A stretch of DNA of 61,659 nt, the filler included. It is 3 parts of 3 records of this genome, joined end to end, with 100 filler letters (N's around TTAATTAATTAA, not from the genome) between each part and the next. Parts side by side here need not be neighbours in the genome. Positions count along the whole stretch, not along the records: positions 18,602 to 48,904 come from SRR31156797_2560; 2 more parts are not named here. The stretch is one strand, 5' to 3'. A program made the position numbers and the translations under genes. Positions 19,898 to 29,841 of the stretch are shown one piece after another; within the stretch, counting starts at the first letter, position 1, and every line of letters starts with the position of its first letter. The notes under the pieces are model-generated. The model saw only the letters and a program-made list of their open reading frames with translations. It made no database searches and was not told where the DNA came from.

Positions 19898-20767
19898 ATG
19901 GATTATCAGGGTATGATCATACGCCCTCCCAGCGAGGCGGGGAGCATCTTGCTGCAAGTCACCCTTGGGTGTTCGCACGGGAAGTGTGCATTTTGTGGCG
20001 CTTATCTGGATAAGCGGTTCGATATCAAGGATCGTGAAATTGTGCTTCGTGATATAAAATTCGCTGCTCGTGAGTGCAAACGACAGCGGCGGGTTTTCCT
20101 TTGTGATGGGGATGCCATGATTCTTCCGCATAAACGACTGGCAGAAATTTTATTACTTCTTCGCAAGCATCTTCCATGGGTTACACGAGTGGGGGTGTAT
20201 GCCAATGCGAAGAGTCTCAAGCGTAAGTCTGATGCCGAGCTTCAGGAACTTCGGGATTTGGGATTGGGCATCGTTTACATGGGATTGGAGTCTGGTGATG
20301 ATCAGATACTCAAAGCCATGAATAAGAATGGAGATTCCGCTTTTATAGTAGCCCAAGGGCGGCGTGTGAGAGAGGCCGGATTGAAACTTAATGTGACGGT
20401 TATCAATGGTTTGGGCGGAGTGGAGCGGTCTGCCGCGCATGCCCGTGAAACAGCTCGCGCCTTGAGCGAAATGGACCCGGATCAGGTGGGCGCTCTCAGT
20501 CTGATGCTTGTGCCGGGTACTCCTTTGCATGACCGATGGGAACGTGGAGAATTCGAGTTGCCGGACGGTGTTGGTATGTTAACCGAGATTCGGGAGATGT
20601 TGTCTGGTTTGACTCTGACACGTGGGCTGTTTCTTGCCAATCACGCTTCCAATTATCTTCCGCTCAAGGTGCGATTGCCCTCGGGCAAACAGGCAGCCTT
20701 GGATCGTATAGACCAAGCCTTGTCTGGAAAGGTCGTTTTGACTCCTGAATCCGCTCGTCGACTTTGA
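19898..20767 (+). CDS. Radical SAM protein
   Basis: RPPSEA..LQVTLGCSHGKCAFC (CxxxCxxC); ATG 19898 follows AGGAGG. Confidence 0.9.
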   Translation: MDYQGMIIRPPSEAGSILLQVTLGCSHGKCAFCGAYLDKRFDIKDREIVLRDIKFAARECKRQRRVFLCDGDAMILPHKRLAEILLLLRKHLPWVTRVGVYANAKSLKRKSDAELQELRDLGLGIVYMGLESGDDQILKAMNKNGDSAFIVAQGRRVREAGLKLNVTVINGLGGVERSAAHARETARALSEMDPDQVGALSLMLVPGTPLHDRWERGEFELPDGVGMLTEIREMLSGLTLTRGLFLANHASNYLPLKVRLPSGKQAALDRIDQALSGKVVLTPESARRL

Positions 20768-20773
20768 GTCTTT

Positions 20774-21976
20774 TTAGCGAACGAATTCACCATTTTTGAT
20801 GACGTGTGTGGGGGTGTCCATCTTTTCCAGTCCGAGGGCAGGATTGCCGCGTACCACAATCATGTCTGCGACCATACCTGGAAAGAGTGTTCCTCGATCT
20901 GTAAATCCGCAGGCTACGGCAGAAACATTGGTTGCCGCCTGAATGACGGCAAGCGGTGACATGCCTGTTTTGGAAAGCAGATTCATTTCGCGTAAAGGCA
21001 TACCTGCTTCTGTTCGTTTATAGGGATAATCGTTGCCGACAGCGATACGTCCTCCCATGGTATGGAAAATCCGGACTGGTTCGAAAAGTGAAGCCCCCTG
21101 CCACGGAGAACGGCACAACACATCCAATGTCGGCGTAAGGATGATATTCTCCTTCTTCATGCGCTCCAGCAAAGTTATATATTGGTCAATCAGTTTGTTG
21201 TCCGAAGTGAGAATCGGGCGAACATAGCCGCGTCTACGCCAGCGATGCGGGACATGTTCCACCGTATGTACACCAGCGTTTAAAGCCTTTTCCAAGCCTG
21301 AAAAATCTTCCACGTGACAGCGAATCGTCAGGCCTTGTTGACGGGCTGTGTTGCAAAGGACGCTGACAGTCTTGGCATCGAACTGGGGCCATGGTTTTGG
21401 AAGTACGCCAGGCTCAAAGGCAAATTTGATCATGGTTGCGCCGAGGTCGACCAGCATGGAAACAGCTTTCCGTGCGTCATCGGAAGACTTCACAATCAAG
21501 GCATATTTTGAGTCGTGAACAGGGAGTGGATACCCGCCGGGAGGGGTAAGCATGGGGCCGGAAAAACTGGCCGTAGCAGTGAAGCCCGACGGGGAGTTGG
21601 CTAATTGGGGCATGGCGTCCAATGGCGACCCGACGTCTCCGATGGCTGTGACGCCGTGCATCAGCCAACGCTTTCGACGTCCTGTTGAAGTATGGATCCG
21701 ATGGCAGTGGGCATTGATGATACCCGGAAGAATGGTTGAATATGGCAAGTTCAACACCGGGCGGTCAGTGATGTTTTTGGCCGGTACGATGGCTTCGATA
21801 AGGCCGTTGTCTATGAGGATGGCGTGGTCGTTGAGTGGGAGAGAGCCATCTCCGATGATGATTCGCCCGACAAGGGCAAACGTTTTTGTGGGCAGGGCTT
21901 TTGCGAAGCTCAGGGAGGCTGGTATTGCACCGAGGCCAATCAGCGAAGTGAGAAAATCGCGTCTGGTGAGGAGCAT
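20774..21976 (-). CDS. Tat-exported amidohydrolase family protein
   Basis: TRRDFL twin-arginine signal, PGIINAHCH, VEH and G..ADMIVV motifs. Confidence 0.85.
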   Translation of the reverse strand: MLLTRRDFLTSLIGLGAIPASLSFAKALPTKTFALVGRIIIGDGSLPLNDHAILIDNGLIEAIVPAKNITDRPVLNLPYSTILPGIINAHCHRIHTSTGRRKRWLMHGVTAIGDVGSPLDAMPQLANSPSGFTATASFSGPMLTPPGGYPLPVHDSKYALIVKSSDDARKAVSMLVDLGATMIKFAFEPGVLPKPWPQFDAKTVSVLCNTARQQGLTIRCHVEDFSGLEKALNAGVHTVEHVPHRWRRRGYVRPILTSDNKLIDQYITLLERMKKENIILTPTLDVLCRSPWQGASLFEPVRIFHTMGGRIAVGNDYPYKRTEAGMPLREMNLLSKTGMSPLAVIQAATNVSAVACGFTDRGTLFPGMVADMIVVRGNPALGLEKMDTPTHVIKNGEFVR

Positions 21977-21998
21977 GGAGTTGTGGGTGCTCCTGTTA

Positions 21999-23249
21999 CT
22001 ATTTCCCGCTGGTTGAGGATGCAAAAAAAGCGTCGGCCCAGGTGAAGGCATGCTGATAACTGACAGCTACAGTGCCGGGGAGCAGGTTGAGTGCCTTGGC
22101 ACGGTCTCCGACTTCTTCCCAGTTCGAGGCTTCGATGGCTTTGGCTAAGTCGAGCCATGGGGAGTATTTGGTCTTTTTGTTACACAAAGTCGCTTTAACT
22201 TCTTTATCCACCGGTAAGTGGGTGGTGATTTCTTTCATGGGCGTGTTGAGCATGGCGTCAAGCAGGGAGAATAGTCCGACCATGAAAAGTTTGTCCGAGT
22301 CGTTTTCGTAACCACTTCCCAGAGCGGCCGTTTCAAAAAGTTTGGCTCGATGTGCTGACAGATAAGCGAGTTCTTGTGTCTTTTCAGACGGGGCCAGATC
22401 CGTGAGGATGATAAGTCTGAGCCAATTGCGGATGGGTTTCCATCCTGTCAGGACAACAGCCTGTTTTATGGAGGTGACCGTGGTGGCAAAACTGAAGTTT
22501 GCCGAGTTGAGAAAGTTGAGCAACCGATAGCTGATCGCCACATCCGCTTCAATGGCGAGGGCCAGTGCGTCGAAATCCGGTTCGTCTTTTTCGATGATTT
22601 CGAAAAGTTTCAGGCGGGTTGTTTCGGATGAATTGATTTTTCGGCCAGTCTTGATCAGTGGTCTCTTGAAATAGAAACCGTGAAATAAAGTAAAACCGGC
22701 ATCTTTTGCTACTGCCAGGTCGTCATTTGTTTCCACTCGTTTAGCGATCATTCTACTCGGGCCGAATTTTTTCCCTTGTGAGACAATGGCTTTTATGTCG
22801 GCTTCGTCTTTACCCTCAAGATCAATAATCAGGGTGTCGGCCAGTTCTGCCAGTCGTTCGCAACCGGGCTTACCCTCAAAGTTGTTGATGGCAAACTCAT
22901 AGCCGTCAATAAGCAGGTCGCCGAGGGCCACGATAAGCGTGTCGTCAGGGTCGGCCATTTCTTCAAGGATGATAACGGTGTTGTCCCAAGGAACGGCATA
23001 GGGGACACCTCGAATGATAGCCTCGGGAGTGAAGTGAATCATGAGTCTGGCCTGATTGCCGCAGGCACCACCGCAGAGGGGAAGGTTGGCCACAAGGTTC
23101 ATGGTGGCTTCGGAATTGTCGGCAAAAATGGCTCGATCGGCGTCTTTGCTATCCCTGAAGAGCATCATGTAGCCCCAGGTCTCATTGTTCGCATCAAAGA
23201 CGGGCTGGCGGGCTACAAATACGGATTCGTAGGTCCTTTCGTCACTCAT
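21999..23249 (-). CDS. Degenerate EAL + HDOD domain protein (YuxH-like)
   Basis: FVARQPVFD, AKRVET, FHGFYF and FMVGLFSLLDAML motifs. Confidence 0.85.
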   Translation of the reverse strand: MSDERTYESVFVARQPVFDANNETWGYMMLFRDSKDADRAIFADNSEATMNLVANLPLCGGACGNQARLMIHFTPEAIIRGVPYAVPWDNTVIILEEMADPDDTLIVALGDLLIDGYEFAINNFEGKPGCERLAELADTLIIDLEGKDEADIKAIVSQGKKFGPSRMIAKRVETNDDLAVAKDAGFTLFHGFYFKRPLIKTGRKINSSETTRLKLFEIIEKDEPDFDALALAIEADVAISYRLLNFLNSANFSFATTVTSIKQAVVLTGWKPIRNWLRLIILTDLAPSEKTQELAYLSAHRAKLFETAALGSGYENDSDKLFMVGLFSLLDAMLNTPMKEITTHLPVDKEVKATLCNKKTKYSPWLDLAKAIEASNWEEVGDRAKALNLLPGTVAVSYQHAFTWADAFFASSTSGK

Positions 23250-23471
23250 TATAATCCCCTTTGGGCTGTCACTTTTGTACCAGTTTCCTCTGCATATACC
23301 GCCGCTCTATGAAAGAATAGTCGTGTATTGTGTGTTTCGTCAACAACTCCGGTTGGAAAGAAATGGGGTGTTGTTTGAAGCGGAGGGTTTGCCCTTCCAT
23401 CTTTGGGCCGAGTGTATTATGTGAACGTGGATTCTTTAACATGACAGAAACAGCCATGAGCGAGGTGCAGG

Positions 23472-24275
23472 ATGCATATCGGAAAAGCCATCCGTTTGGA
23501 ACGTATATTCAATCGCGACACCAAACGGACCATCATTGTCCCTATGGATCATGGGGTCACGGTTGGCCCTATTGTCGGACTTGAGAAAATGCGGGATACC
23601 GTGACGAACTTAGTGGCGGGTGGTGCCAATGCGGGGCTTGTGCACAAAGGGCAAGTCAAGCTTGGTCACCGTATGCAAGGTCGTGATTTTGGATGTATTG
23701 TTCACTTGTCTGCCGGGACCTGTCTGTCGCCGTTTCCCAACATGAAGCGGTTGGTGACGACCGTGGAAGAAGCAATTCGTCTCGGTGCGGATGGAGTCAG
23801 TGTCCATGTAAACCTGGGCGATGAAACAGAAGGGCAGATGCTGACTGACCTTGGCCGGGTTGCAGCTTCGGCCTCTGAATGGGGTATGCCTCTTCTTGCT
23901 ATGGTCTATGCTCGGGGGCCGAAGGTCGCTGACGAGTATGATCCTCAGGCCGTAGCGCATTGTGCTCGTGTGGGCGCGGAGTTGGGCGCGGATGTCGTCA
24001 AGGTCAACTATCCCGGAGATGCCGAGAGCTTTGCTCGTGTGGTGGAATGTGCTTGTGTGCCCGTGGTTATTGCTGGTGGCGCGAAAATGAAGTCCACCCG
24101 TGATTTTTTGGATATAGTCAGAACGTCAATTGACGCTGGTGGTGCCGGTTTGTCTGTTGGACGAAATGTTTTTCAGCATTCGAATCCTACACGGTTGGTG
24201 GAAGTCCTTAATCGTATTGTTCACGAAGGTGCTCCTGTGGATGAGGCTGTGAAAGGGTACGAAGATATTTTATAA
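23472..24275 (+). CDS. Class I aldolase DhnA family (2-amino-3,7-dideoxy-D-threo-hept-6-ulosonate synthase-like)
   Basis: [23 protein letters not shown] and GRNVFQH motifs. Confidence 0.88.
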   Translation: MHIGKAIRLERIFNRDTKRTIIVPMDHGVTVGPIVGLEKMRDTVTNLVAGGANAGLVHKGQVKLGHRMQGRDFGCIVHLSAGTCLSPFPNMKRLVTTVEEAIRLGADGVSVHVNLGDETEGQMLTDLGRVAASASEWGMPLLAMVYARGPKVADEYDPQAVAHCARVGAELGADVVKVNYPGDAESFARVVECACVPVVIAGGAKMKSTRDFLDIVRTSIDAGGAGLSVGRNVFQHSNPTRLVEVLNRIVHEGAPVDEAVKGYEDIL

Positions 24276-24299
24276 TATTCATTGATGACGGATGGAATC

Positions 24300-24336
24300 A
24301 AAGGCCCTGATGCAGTTTTGTGTCAGGGCCTTTTTT
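24300..24336 (+). terminator. Intrinsic terminator
   Basis: AAAGGCCCTGATGC...GTGTCAGGGCCTTTTTT. Confidence 0.8.
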
Positions 24337-24354
24337 GTCCGGTTTGAAACAATA

Positions 24355-24564
24355 TCAAATTTTGGATTCGTCTGTTTTGTCTTTCTGCAAATAGTTTTTT
24401 GTACAACACGTTGTTGCCATGCCATCCGTGTGGTGGCTGGAGTCGATTTTTATAGGTCTTCCTCTAGCAACGGCAGAGGAAACCTGAATGCCTTTGGATT
24501 CAAGCTCCCTGACTGTGGGGAGTCGTCGTGTCCCCTTGAATATCATGAGTATGACTTGGCGCAT
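24355..24564 (-). CDS. Possible small hypothetical protein (69 aa)
   Basis: AAAGGA before ATG, AT-rich upstream region, ends near the terminator; no recognisable motif. Confidence 0.35.
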   Translation of the reverse strand: MRQVILMIFKGTRRLPTVRELESKGIQVSSAVARGRPIKIDSSHHTDGMATTCCTKNYLQKDKTDESKI

Positions 24565-24812
24565 CTGTAATCCTTTTCAACTTGAGTAGTACAGTAATAC
24601 TGCATATACGATGTGGTTATCTATAAATATCGAATCGATGATAGATGGCTATGTCAGGCGTGTTTGAATGTCCAGTTAAAACTAACTTTTTTTATACGTA
24701 ATAGCCTATTTTACTTTGAAAAATTAGTAAAATATTCTAAAAAATTTTGCTTAGTAAAGACACGTACTAGACAAAGTTTGTACTCTTTTCTTCTGTTACA
24801 TTTGACCCACCA

Positions 24813-24859
24813 AATAAAAGGCCATGTAATACATCAAAAAAAGATGCACTACATGGCCT
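24813..24859 (-). terminator. Intrinsic terminator for the cI-HEAT-DUF6941-like run
   Basis: On the minus strand AGGCCATGTAGTGCATC-T7-GATGTATTACATGGCCT, then TTTATT. Confidence 0.65.
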
Positions 24860-24893
24860 ATTGCTTTGCAAAGGATTAATTATTCAGAAAAAG

Positions 24894-25295
24894 CTATTCG
24901 TTGTCGCTTTTAAAAACAAATATCGGGAGCCGAGCCAATGTTTCCCAGTCGCCTTCTGTTTTTATTGCAACGGAAATAACATGCTTGCCTTCAGTTTCTA
25001 CACGTAAGCCAGGAAGTTGGAAATTCATTTTGTGGAGCATGGTGCCTCCGGGAGTGATTTCCTGCATTCCCAGCGTGATGGACTCTCCTGTGGGAGGAAT
25101 GAGGTTCAAGGACACCGTAAAAGGTTTCTCTCCACTGTTTTCGAGGTCCCACAGGCTGGCAAAATAGATTGACGGCAGGGTGGCCGGGAGTTCGGGAACA
25201 ACGGCATGTTCGATGGTGCGAATAAAAGATGTGGAACTCGAATCTTTATCGATGATGAGGTCCGAGCAGATCAGTGCGTAAATAAGTTCTGTCAT
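24894..25295 (-). CDS. Hypothetical protein (DUF6941-like beta-sandwich)
   Basis: ALICSDLIID...SFI pattern; 13 nt downstream of the HEAT gene. Confidence 0.65.
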   Translation of the reverse strand: MTELIYALICSDLIIDKDSSSTSFIRTIEHAVVPELPATLPSIYFASLWDLENSGEKPFTVSLNLIPPTGESITLGMQEITPGGTMLHKMNFQLPGLRVETEGKHVISVAIKTEGDWETLARLPIFVFKSDNE

Positions 25296-25308
25296 GGTGA
25301 CTCCAGTG

Positions 25309-26295
25309 TTATTGGGTATGCAGTGCTCCGGTCATGGACCGGCGTATTTTTTTTGGCAGCGTGTTTGCCAGTTCCGGGTCTATCCCGGTTAACAGCAGGG
25401 CAGCGGCGATTTTTTGACCATCGGTGCCGGTTGCAAGGATCGCTTTGAGGGCTGGCTCGGCAACCCTGCCCATGCGGGCGAGGGTATAGAGGGCTATATT
25501 CCCCATGGGAGTACCTGGTCTGGTCAGAATTCTGACCAAAGAGGGAGCCGCATTGGTTCCTATTTGTTTAACCGGACATTGGCTGTCGGAAATACCGATC
25601 AGTGTCATTTCGTGGTAGACGACTGCTGGATTCGGGCCGATCAGATCAAGGCTCTCACAGAGGACATGGATGATACGCATGTCACTGTCGTTGAGTGCGC
25701 GAATGAGAGCTGGAGCGGCGGATAAAGCCTCGTGGCCCATTCTGCCTAGTAGCCAGGCCGCTTTTGCTTTGGCAAAGGGATCATCCATTTTGAGCATGGT
25801 CGTCAAGGCGGGAATTGCGGATGTACCCATTTTGCTGAGAGCCAGCGCTGCGCCGTTTCGCACCTGTTCGTTGGGATGAAGCAGGAGACTGGTGGTTGGT
25901 GCGGCAGCAGCTTCTCCGATTTTTGCCAATGCGTGTGCAGCCAGACTGCGGACGGTGGCGTCTTTATCATTCAAAGCCTTGAGTAAACCGTTTGTTGCCA
26001 ACTCCGGTACAGGGAGGAGAGCCAGAGCGATAACAGCACCGCGTCGTTGATCCGTTGTCCCGTTGTCGGCGATTTTGAGGAAACACCCCATGCACCCCTG
26101 CCCATTTTCAGATAAGGCCTCAATTCCCGCGGCGCGTTCCGTTGGGTCCTGACTGAGCAGCATTGCGGCGATTTCAGAGGCAAGAGCCGCGTCAGTCGTT
26201 TCCGTAGCTTGGACAGGAACAGCCAGAAGGCCGATAAGGAGTAGGGAGAACGTCCCGTACAGGCTTTTTATCAAAATTTGTCGATAGTCTAACAT
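25309..26295 (-). CDS. HEAT-repeat protein with N-terminal signal/TM
   Basis: Repeated VR..AA.AL..IG units. Confidence 0.85.
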   Translation of the reverse strand: MLDYRQILIKSLYGTFSLLLIGLLAVPVQATETTDAALASEIAAMLLSQDPTERAAGIEALSENGQGCMGCFLKIADNGTTDQRRGAVIALALLPVPELATNGLLKALNDKDATVRSLAAHALAKIGEAAAAPTTSLLLHPNEQVRNGAALALSKMGTSAIPALTTMLKMDDPFAKAKAAWLLGRMGHEALSAAPALIRALNDSDMRIIHVLCESLDLIGPNPAVVYHEMTLIGISDSQCPVKQIGTNAAPSLVRILTRPGTPMGNIALYTLARMGRVAEPALKAILATGTDGQKIAAALLLTGIDPELANTLPKKIRRSMTGALHTQ

Positions 26296-26319
26296 GGTTT
26301 CCTTTGTGGTGTTGGATAA

Positions 26320-27066
26320 CTATTTTCTGGACATGTCGTTCCAGGCCCAAACCACATTGCCCCCGATGGCGTGAGCAATGTCCCCTTGGAAATCGTGTTT
26401 TAGTCGATACGTCATGGGAGGGTGTTCACGATTGTTTTCCGAATAGAAAATCAATTCCACATCATCATCAAGGCGTCTGGTGTTGACTCGTTTGATGTTG
26501 ATTGCGCCGGTTGCACCGGGTTCGCGGACGAGCATGATTTTTCCGGCGGGACTGGGGTCTCGATCATTGCGGTCAACAATGACGATGTCACCGGCATGAA
26601 GTATTGGTTCCATGGAGTGCTCTCCGACTCCGATTTTCATAGCCACCAGATTTGATCGGAAGCGGATGGATTCCTGATGTCGCCATACCAATATCCACCC
26701 TTCGACGTTGTCTTCAGGGATGAGGCCGGGGGAGACCGCAAGGGCTGGTGTGACGAGTGGAACAGCCATGTAATCGTCTGATTGCGGTTCAGGCATTGCC
26801 GCTTCGGATTCGCTTCCGCCCGGCAGGGTGAAGCAAACTTCCCTTGAGGCATCTGTCGGTTCGTCTCCGAAGATGACGGAGATACCCACCTTGTCCAGAA
26901 TGTGACCGAGAGATTCCGAATTCAGACCCCGTTCCTTTTTTAGAAAGCGATTAAGTTGGGATGGGTCGACTCCGAGTTCGTCTGCCATCCGTTTGTTGTT
27001 GGAGTATCGTTTACCAGGACCGATGCGGTCAATGAGTGCTTGTCGCACATCGTCGGTGAATCCCAT
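26320..27066 (-). CDS. Phage CI/LexA-type repressor (XRE HTH + S24 peptidase-like domain)
   Basis: HTH MADELGVDPSQLNRFL; SMEP (catalytic Ser), GDIVIVD and IKRV (catalytic Lys). Confidence 0.85.
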   Translation of the reverse strand: MGFTDDVRQALIDRIGPGKRYSNNKRMADELGVDPSQLNRFLKKERGLNSESLGHILDKVGISVIFGDEPTDASREVCFTLPGGSESEAAMPEPQSDDYMAVPLVTPALAVSPGLIPEDNVEGWILVWRHQESIRFRSNLVAMKIGVGEHSMEPILHAGDIVIVDRNDRDPSPAGKIMLVREPGATGAINIKRVNTRRLDDDVELIFYSENNREHPPMTYRLKHDFQGDIAHAIGGNVVWAWNDMSRK

Positions 27067-27221
27067 GAGATCCTCTTATTTGAGTTAATGGTTGGCCTGT
27101 TTATACATAAAAATTGGTAAATGTCTAAACGATTGTGACAAATTTTGTTGACTTTCAAATAGACAATTGACTATGTCACAAAAATACAAATTGAAATTTG
27201 TCAAAAAAGAGGTGGGGTTTT

Positions 27222-27617
27222 ATGGAAAAAGTAGACATTGTGCGTTTGGAAAAAGGAGTGGAAGGAACCTTCGGGGTTTTACGTTTGAATGGACAGGTTC
27301 TGTGCGTGACTTTGGAGCCACCGGATCGTGGTAACCAGCCAGAAAGGTCGTGTATTCCTGCGGGTGAATACTTATGCAGCCGGGTGGATTCGCATTCTTT
27401 CGGACGGACGTATGAAGTATCTGATGTGCCGGGGAGATCTCATATTTTGTTTCATCCCGGCAATGTAGTGGGTGATACCCATGGGTGTATTTTACTCGGC
27501 AGGAATTTTGGTTTTCTTGAAGGTTCTCGGGGGATCATGCAATCGCGATCCGCTTTTCGTGAATTTTTGGATCGGTTGGGTGGTCAACTGTCTTTTGTGG
27601 TGAGGGTTGAAGAATGA
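27222..27617 (+). CDS. DUF5675 family phage protein (putative L,D-transpeptidase-fold cell wall enzyme)
   Basis: TLEP..N...SCIPAGEY...VPGRSHILFHPGN..DTHGCILLG; ATG 27222 follows GAGGTGGGG. Confidence 0.75.
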   Translation: MEKVDIVRLEKGVEGTFGVLRLNGQVLCVTLEPPDRGNQPERSCIPAGEYLCSRVDSHSFGRTYEVSDVPGRSHILFHPGNVVGDTHGCILLGRNFGFLEGSRGIMQSRSAFREFLDRLGGQLSFVVRVEE

Positions 27618-27862
27618 TGCTAAAATCTCAGGACATATGTTTGAAAGGTGCGCGTGAGATTTGTGACGCGGTCGGGGAAAATTCGCGAAACATCATAGAA
27701 TTGGTTCGCGATAAGGGGTTGCCGGCATGGAAGCGGGAAGACAAGGGCGCGTGGCGGGCACTCCCAGAGGATTTACACCGTTGGATACGTGAACAACGAG
27801 ATCGGAATATAAGCAATTATGTCCGTCGAGAGCGGTGGGACGGCCTCGAAGGCGAAGAATGA
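27614..27862 (+). CDS. Small HTH DNA-binding protein (excisionase/AlpA-like)
   Basis: LKGAREICDAVG...GLPAWK...WRA...L..W pattern; ATGA overlap with the upstream gene. Confidence 0.7.
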   Translation: MMLKSQDICLKGAREICDAVGENSRNIIELVRDKGLPAWKREDKGAWRALPEDLHRWIREQRDRNISNYVRRERWDGLEGEE

Positions 27863-27877
27863 TGAGGGGATGCCGGT

Positions 27878-29191
27878 TTACGGCAAGGTCGAAATGCGGG
27901 ATACGGAATCGAGCAGGGTTGTGGCTAGATTGTCCAGTTCCAGCCCCGGTTCCAGTGTTGTGATGGCTGTGGTTCCGATAATCTTTCGGCCATAGCCGTC
28001 GCCGACTTTGGTTTTTACGCCCCATACCGAATGCAAGACGATGGGTTCGTCATCGCGACTGCCGATGTAGAGCATGATATGTCCGGGTTTACGGACCAAT
28101 GTCATGAATGGAACAGCTTTTTCCACGATCAGTTCCTTTTTTTCATCGGAGTCTAATTTTTCCAAGAGGGTCAATTTACCAAATTTGATTTGCTGGCTGG
28201 AATTGCGTGGCAAAAAGATACCGAACGCGGCCATCAGGTCCATGGTTGTGGCCGAACAATCTCGATTTTCATACAATCCGCCCCAGCCGTATTGCAGGCC
28301 GAGCATGGCATTTGCCAGCTTGGTGAAATTGGCGGGAGTGGCCGGGATCGGTGCTGTCTCCGTTGTCCTTTGTGGCAGTGTCGCGTGGACAGCGATAGCG
28401 TTTCCGTGGCGATCACGGATCGGGATTATGAAGGCTTCCGGTTGGTCTTGTGTGGCCGGAGTTACGGGGATTAATGTTCCGATATGTGCGATGAAGCAAT
28501 GGTTGCCATCTTCATCCGTTACGGGAGCATTGTCAGTGGAGAGAGTTTTGTATGCCCCGGTTTTGTATGCGGCGACAAAAGTGTCATCCACCCAAGCGAT
28601 TTCTCGGGCAGGTACCCATCCGAAGGCAAAGCGGGTTTCCACAAGAATCCATGCGCCATCTGCGCTGACATGAGCGGCGTACAACGGCGTTCCCGCAAGG
28701 ATCAGTGAGTTTTGCATGTAGTCGAAGGGGAATCCTTCTCCGGCCCGTTTGAAATCATAGAATACCGGTTGATTGGTGGGGAGTACCCGCATGTTTGTGT
28801 TGGTCACGGCAATGGCGCGTCGGCCCATGGAAGGATAAGTCCCAACCTGAGAGGCCTCGGTTAGATTGAGTATCCAGCGAGGATCGCGAAGTAGCGTATT
28901 CTCCCCGTACAGCTTTTTGTGACCGTACACCGCCAATCCCCAGAAAGCCTCATCCGCCGGGTGTTTGGGTTCGGTTTGTTCCCAAGGACCGAAGTGTTTC
29001 TTCAGAAAATTATCAAAGGCTTGTTGCTGGGCTTCGGCTGAAATGAGTGGGGAATTGACCGGCAGGCCATGATACGCACCCGCATTTTGTTCCAGTTCGA
29101 TCAGATCAAGAACGGGGGCGTTTGGGTCTTGTGCAGCGCAACCCGCGAGGAGAAGAAGCGTCAGAACAAGCGCAATGGCATGCCGGGTCAT
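27878..29191 (-). CDS. NlpC/P60 lipoprotein with SH3-like domains (cell wall peptidase)
   Basis: Lipobox LAGC; YGWGG..RDCS and PGHIMLYIG motifs. Confidence 0.9.
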   Translation of the reverse strand: MTRHAIALVLTLLLLAGCAAQDPNAPVLDLIELEQNAGAYHGLPVNSPLISAEAQQQAFDNFLKKHFGPWEQTEPKHPADEAFWGLAVYGHKKLYGENTLLRDPRWILNLTEASQVGTYPSMGRRAIAVTNTNMRVLPTNQPVFYDFKRAGEGFPFDYMQNSLILAGTPLYAAHVSADGAWILVETRFAFGWVPAREIAWVDDTFVAAYKTGAYKTLSTDNAPVTDEDGNHCFIAHIGTLIPVTPATQDQPEAFIIPIRDRHGNAIAVHATLPQRTTETAPIPATPANFTKLANAMLGLQYGWGGLYENRDCSATTMDLMAAFGIFLPRNSSQQIKFGKLTLLEKLDSDEKKELIVEKAVPFMTLVRKPGHIMLYIGSRDDEPIVLHSVWGVKTKVGDGYGRKIIGTTAITTLEPGLELDNLATTLLDSVSRISTLP

Positions 29192-29200
29192 ATTCACCGT

Positions 29201-29776
29201 CTATTTTTTTATGTATTTTTTACCGATACTGAAACCCTGCCCCACGAATTTTGAAACAGTGTGGTAGGCGCGAGTGCCGGGGCTGAAAACCAGAGGAAGG
29301 ATCTTTTCAGGATCAGGGTGTTTGCCGTCAACGAGTTTGTCTTCGTCGCACTTAACATCTTTTATTTCGCCGATGAGCAGAGTGTGGATGCCCTGTTCAT
29401 ACGTGCCGGTCAGTTCGCATTCGATGACCAGCGGAAATTCTTCGATGTAAGGAGCATTGACGCAGTCGCTTTTTGTCGGAGTCAGGCCGGTGGCAGCGAA
29501 TTTGTCGACTTTTTTGCCCGAGACCATGCCGAGGAAATCCGACTCTGCGGCCAGATATTCAGGGCAGACAGAGACGGTGAATGCTTTGTGTTTCATGATG
29601 CCCGCATACGTGTGGCGGGATGGACGCAAGGAGACGGTCAGGCTGGCAGGGTCAGAACTGCATATGCCGCCCCAAGCCGCGATCATGGCATTGGGTTTGT
29701 TGTCTTCGTCGTATGCGCCAACAGCCCATACCGGTGCGGGTTGGGCCAGTGTCTTGGGGCCAAGTGATTTTTTCAT
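29201..29776 (-). CDS. flr: Flavoredoxin (flavin reductase family)
   Basis: MKKSLG, N.M.AAWGGIC and APYIEEFPLVIEC motifs; start corrected to ATG 29776 with AAGGAG. Confidence 0.8.
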   Translation of the reverse strand: MKKSLGPKTLAQPAPVWAVGAYDEDNKPNAMIAAWGGICSSDPASLTVSLRPSRHTYAGIMKHKAFTVSVCPEYLAAESDFLGMVSGKKVDKFAATGLTPTKSDCVNAPYIEEFPLVIECELTGTYEQGIHTLLIGEIKDVKCDEDKLVDGKHPDPEKILPLVFSPGTRAYHTVSKFVGQGFSIGKKYIKK

Positions 29777-29841
29777 GAGTCTCTCCTTGTATGCAGACAA
29801 CTCTATGTCATTTTTAAAAAAGATGGAATGGAAACCGGCGA

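Noticed and set aside
24570-24879. AT-rich stretch and 88-aa ORF as a foreign insert
   Set aside because: Short, no mobility signatures, includes a terminator; consistent with ordinary intergenic DNA.
27878-29191. NlpC/P60 protein as the phage endolysin
   Set aside because: It is a lipoprotein on the opposite strand within a host gene run; typical housekeeping cell-wall peptidase architecture.
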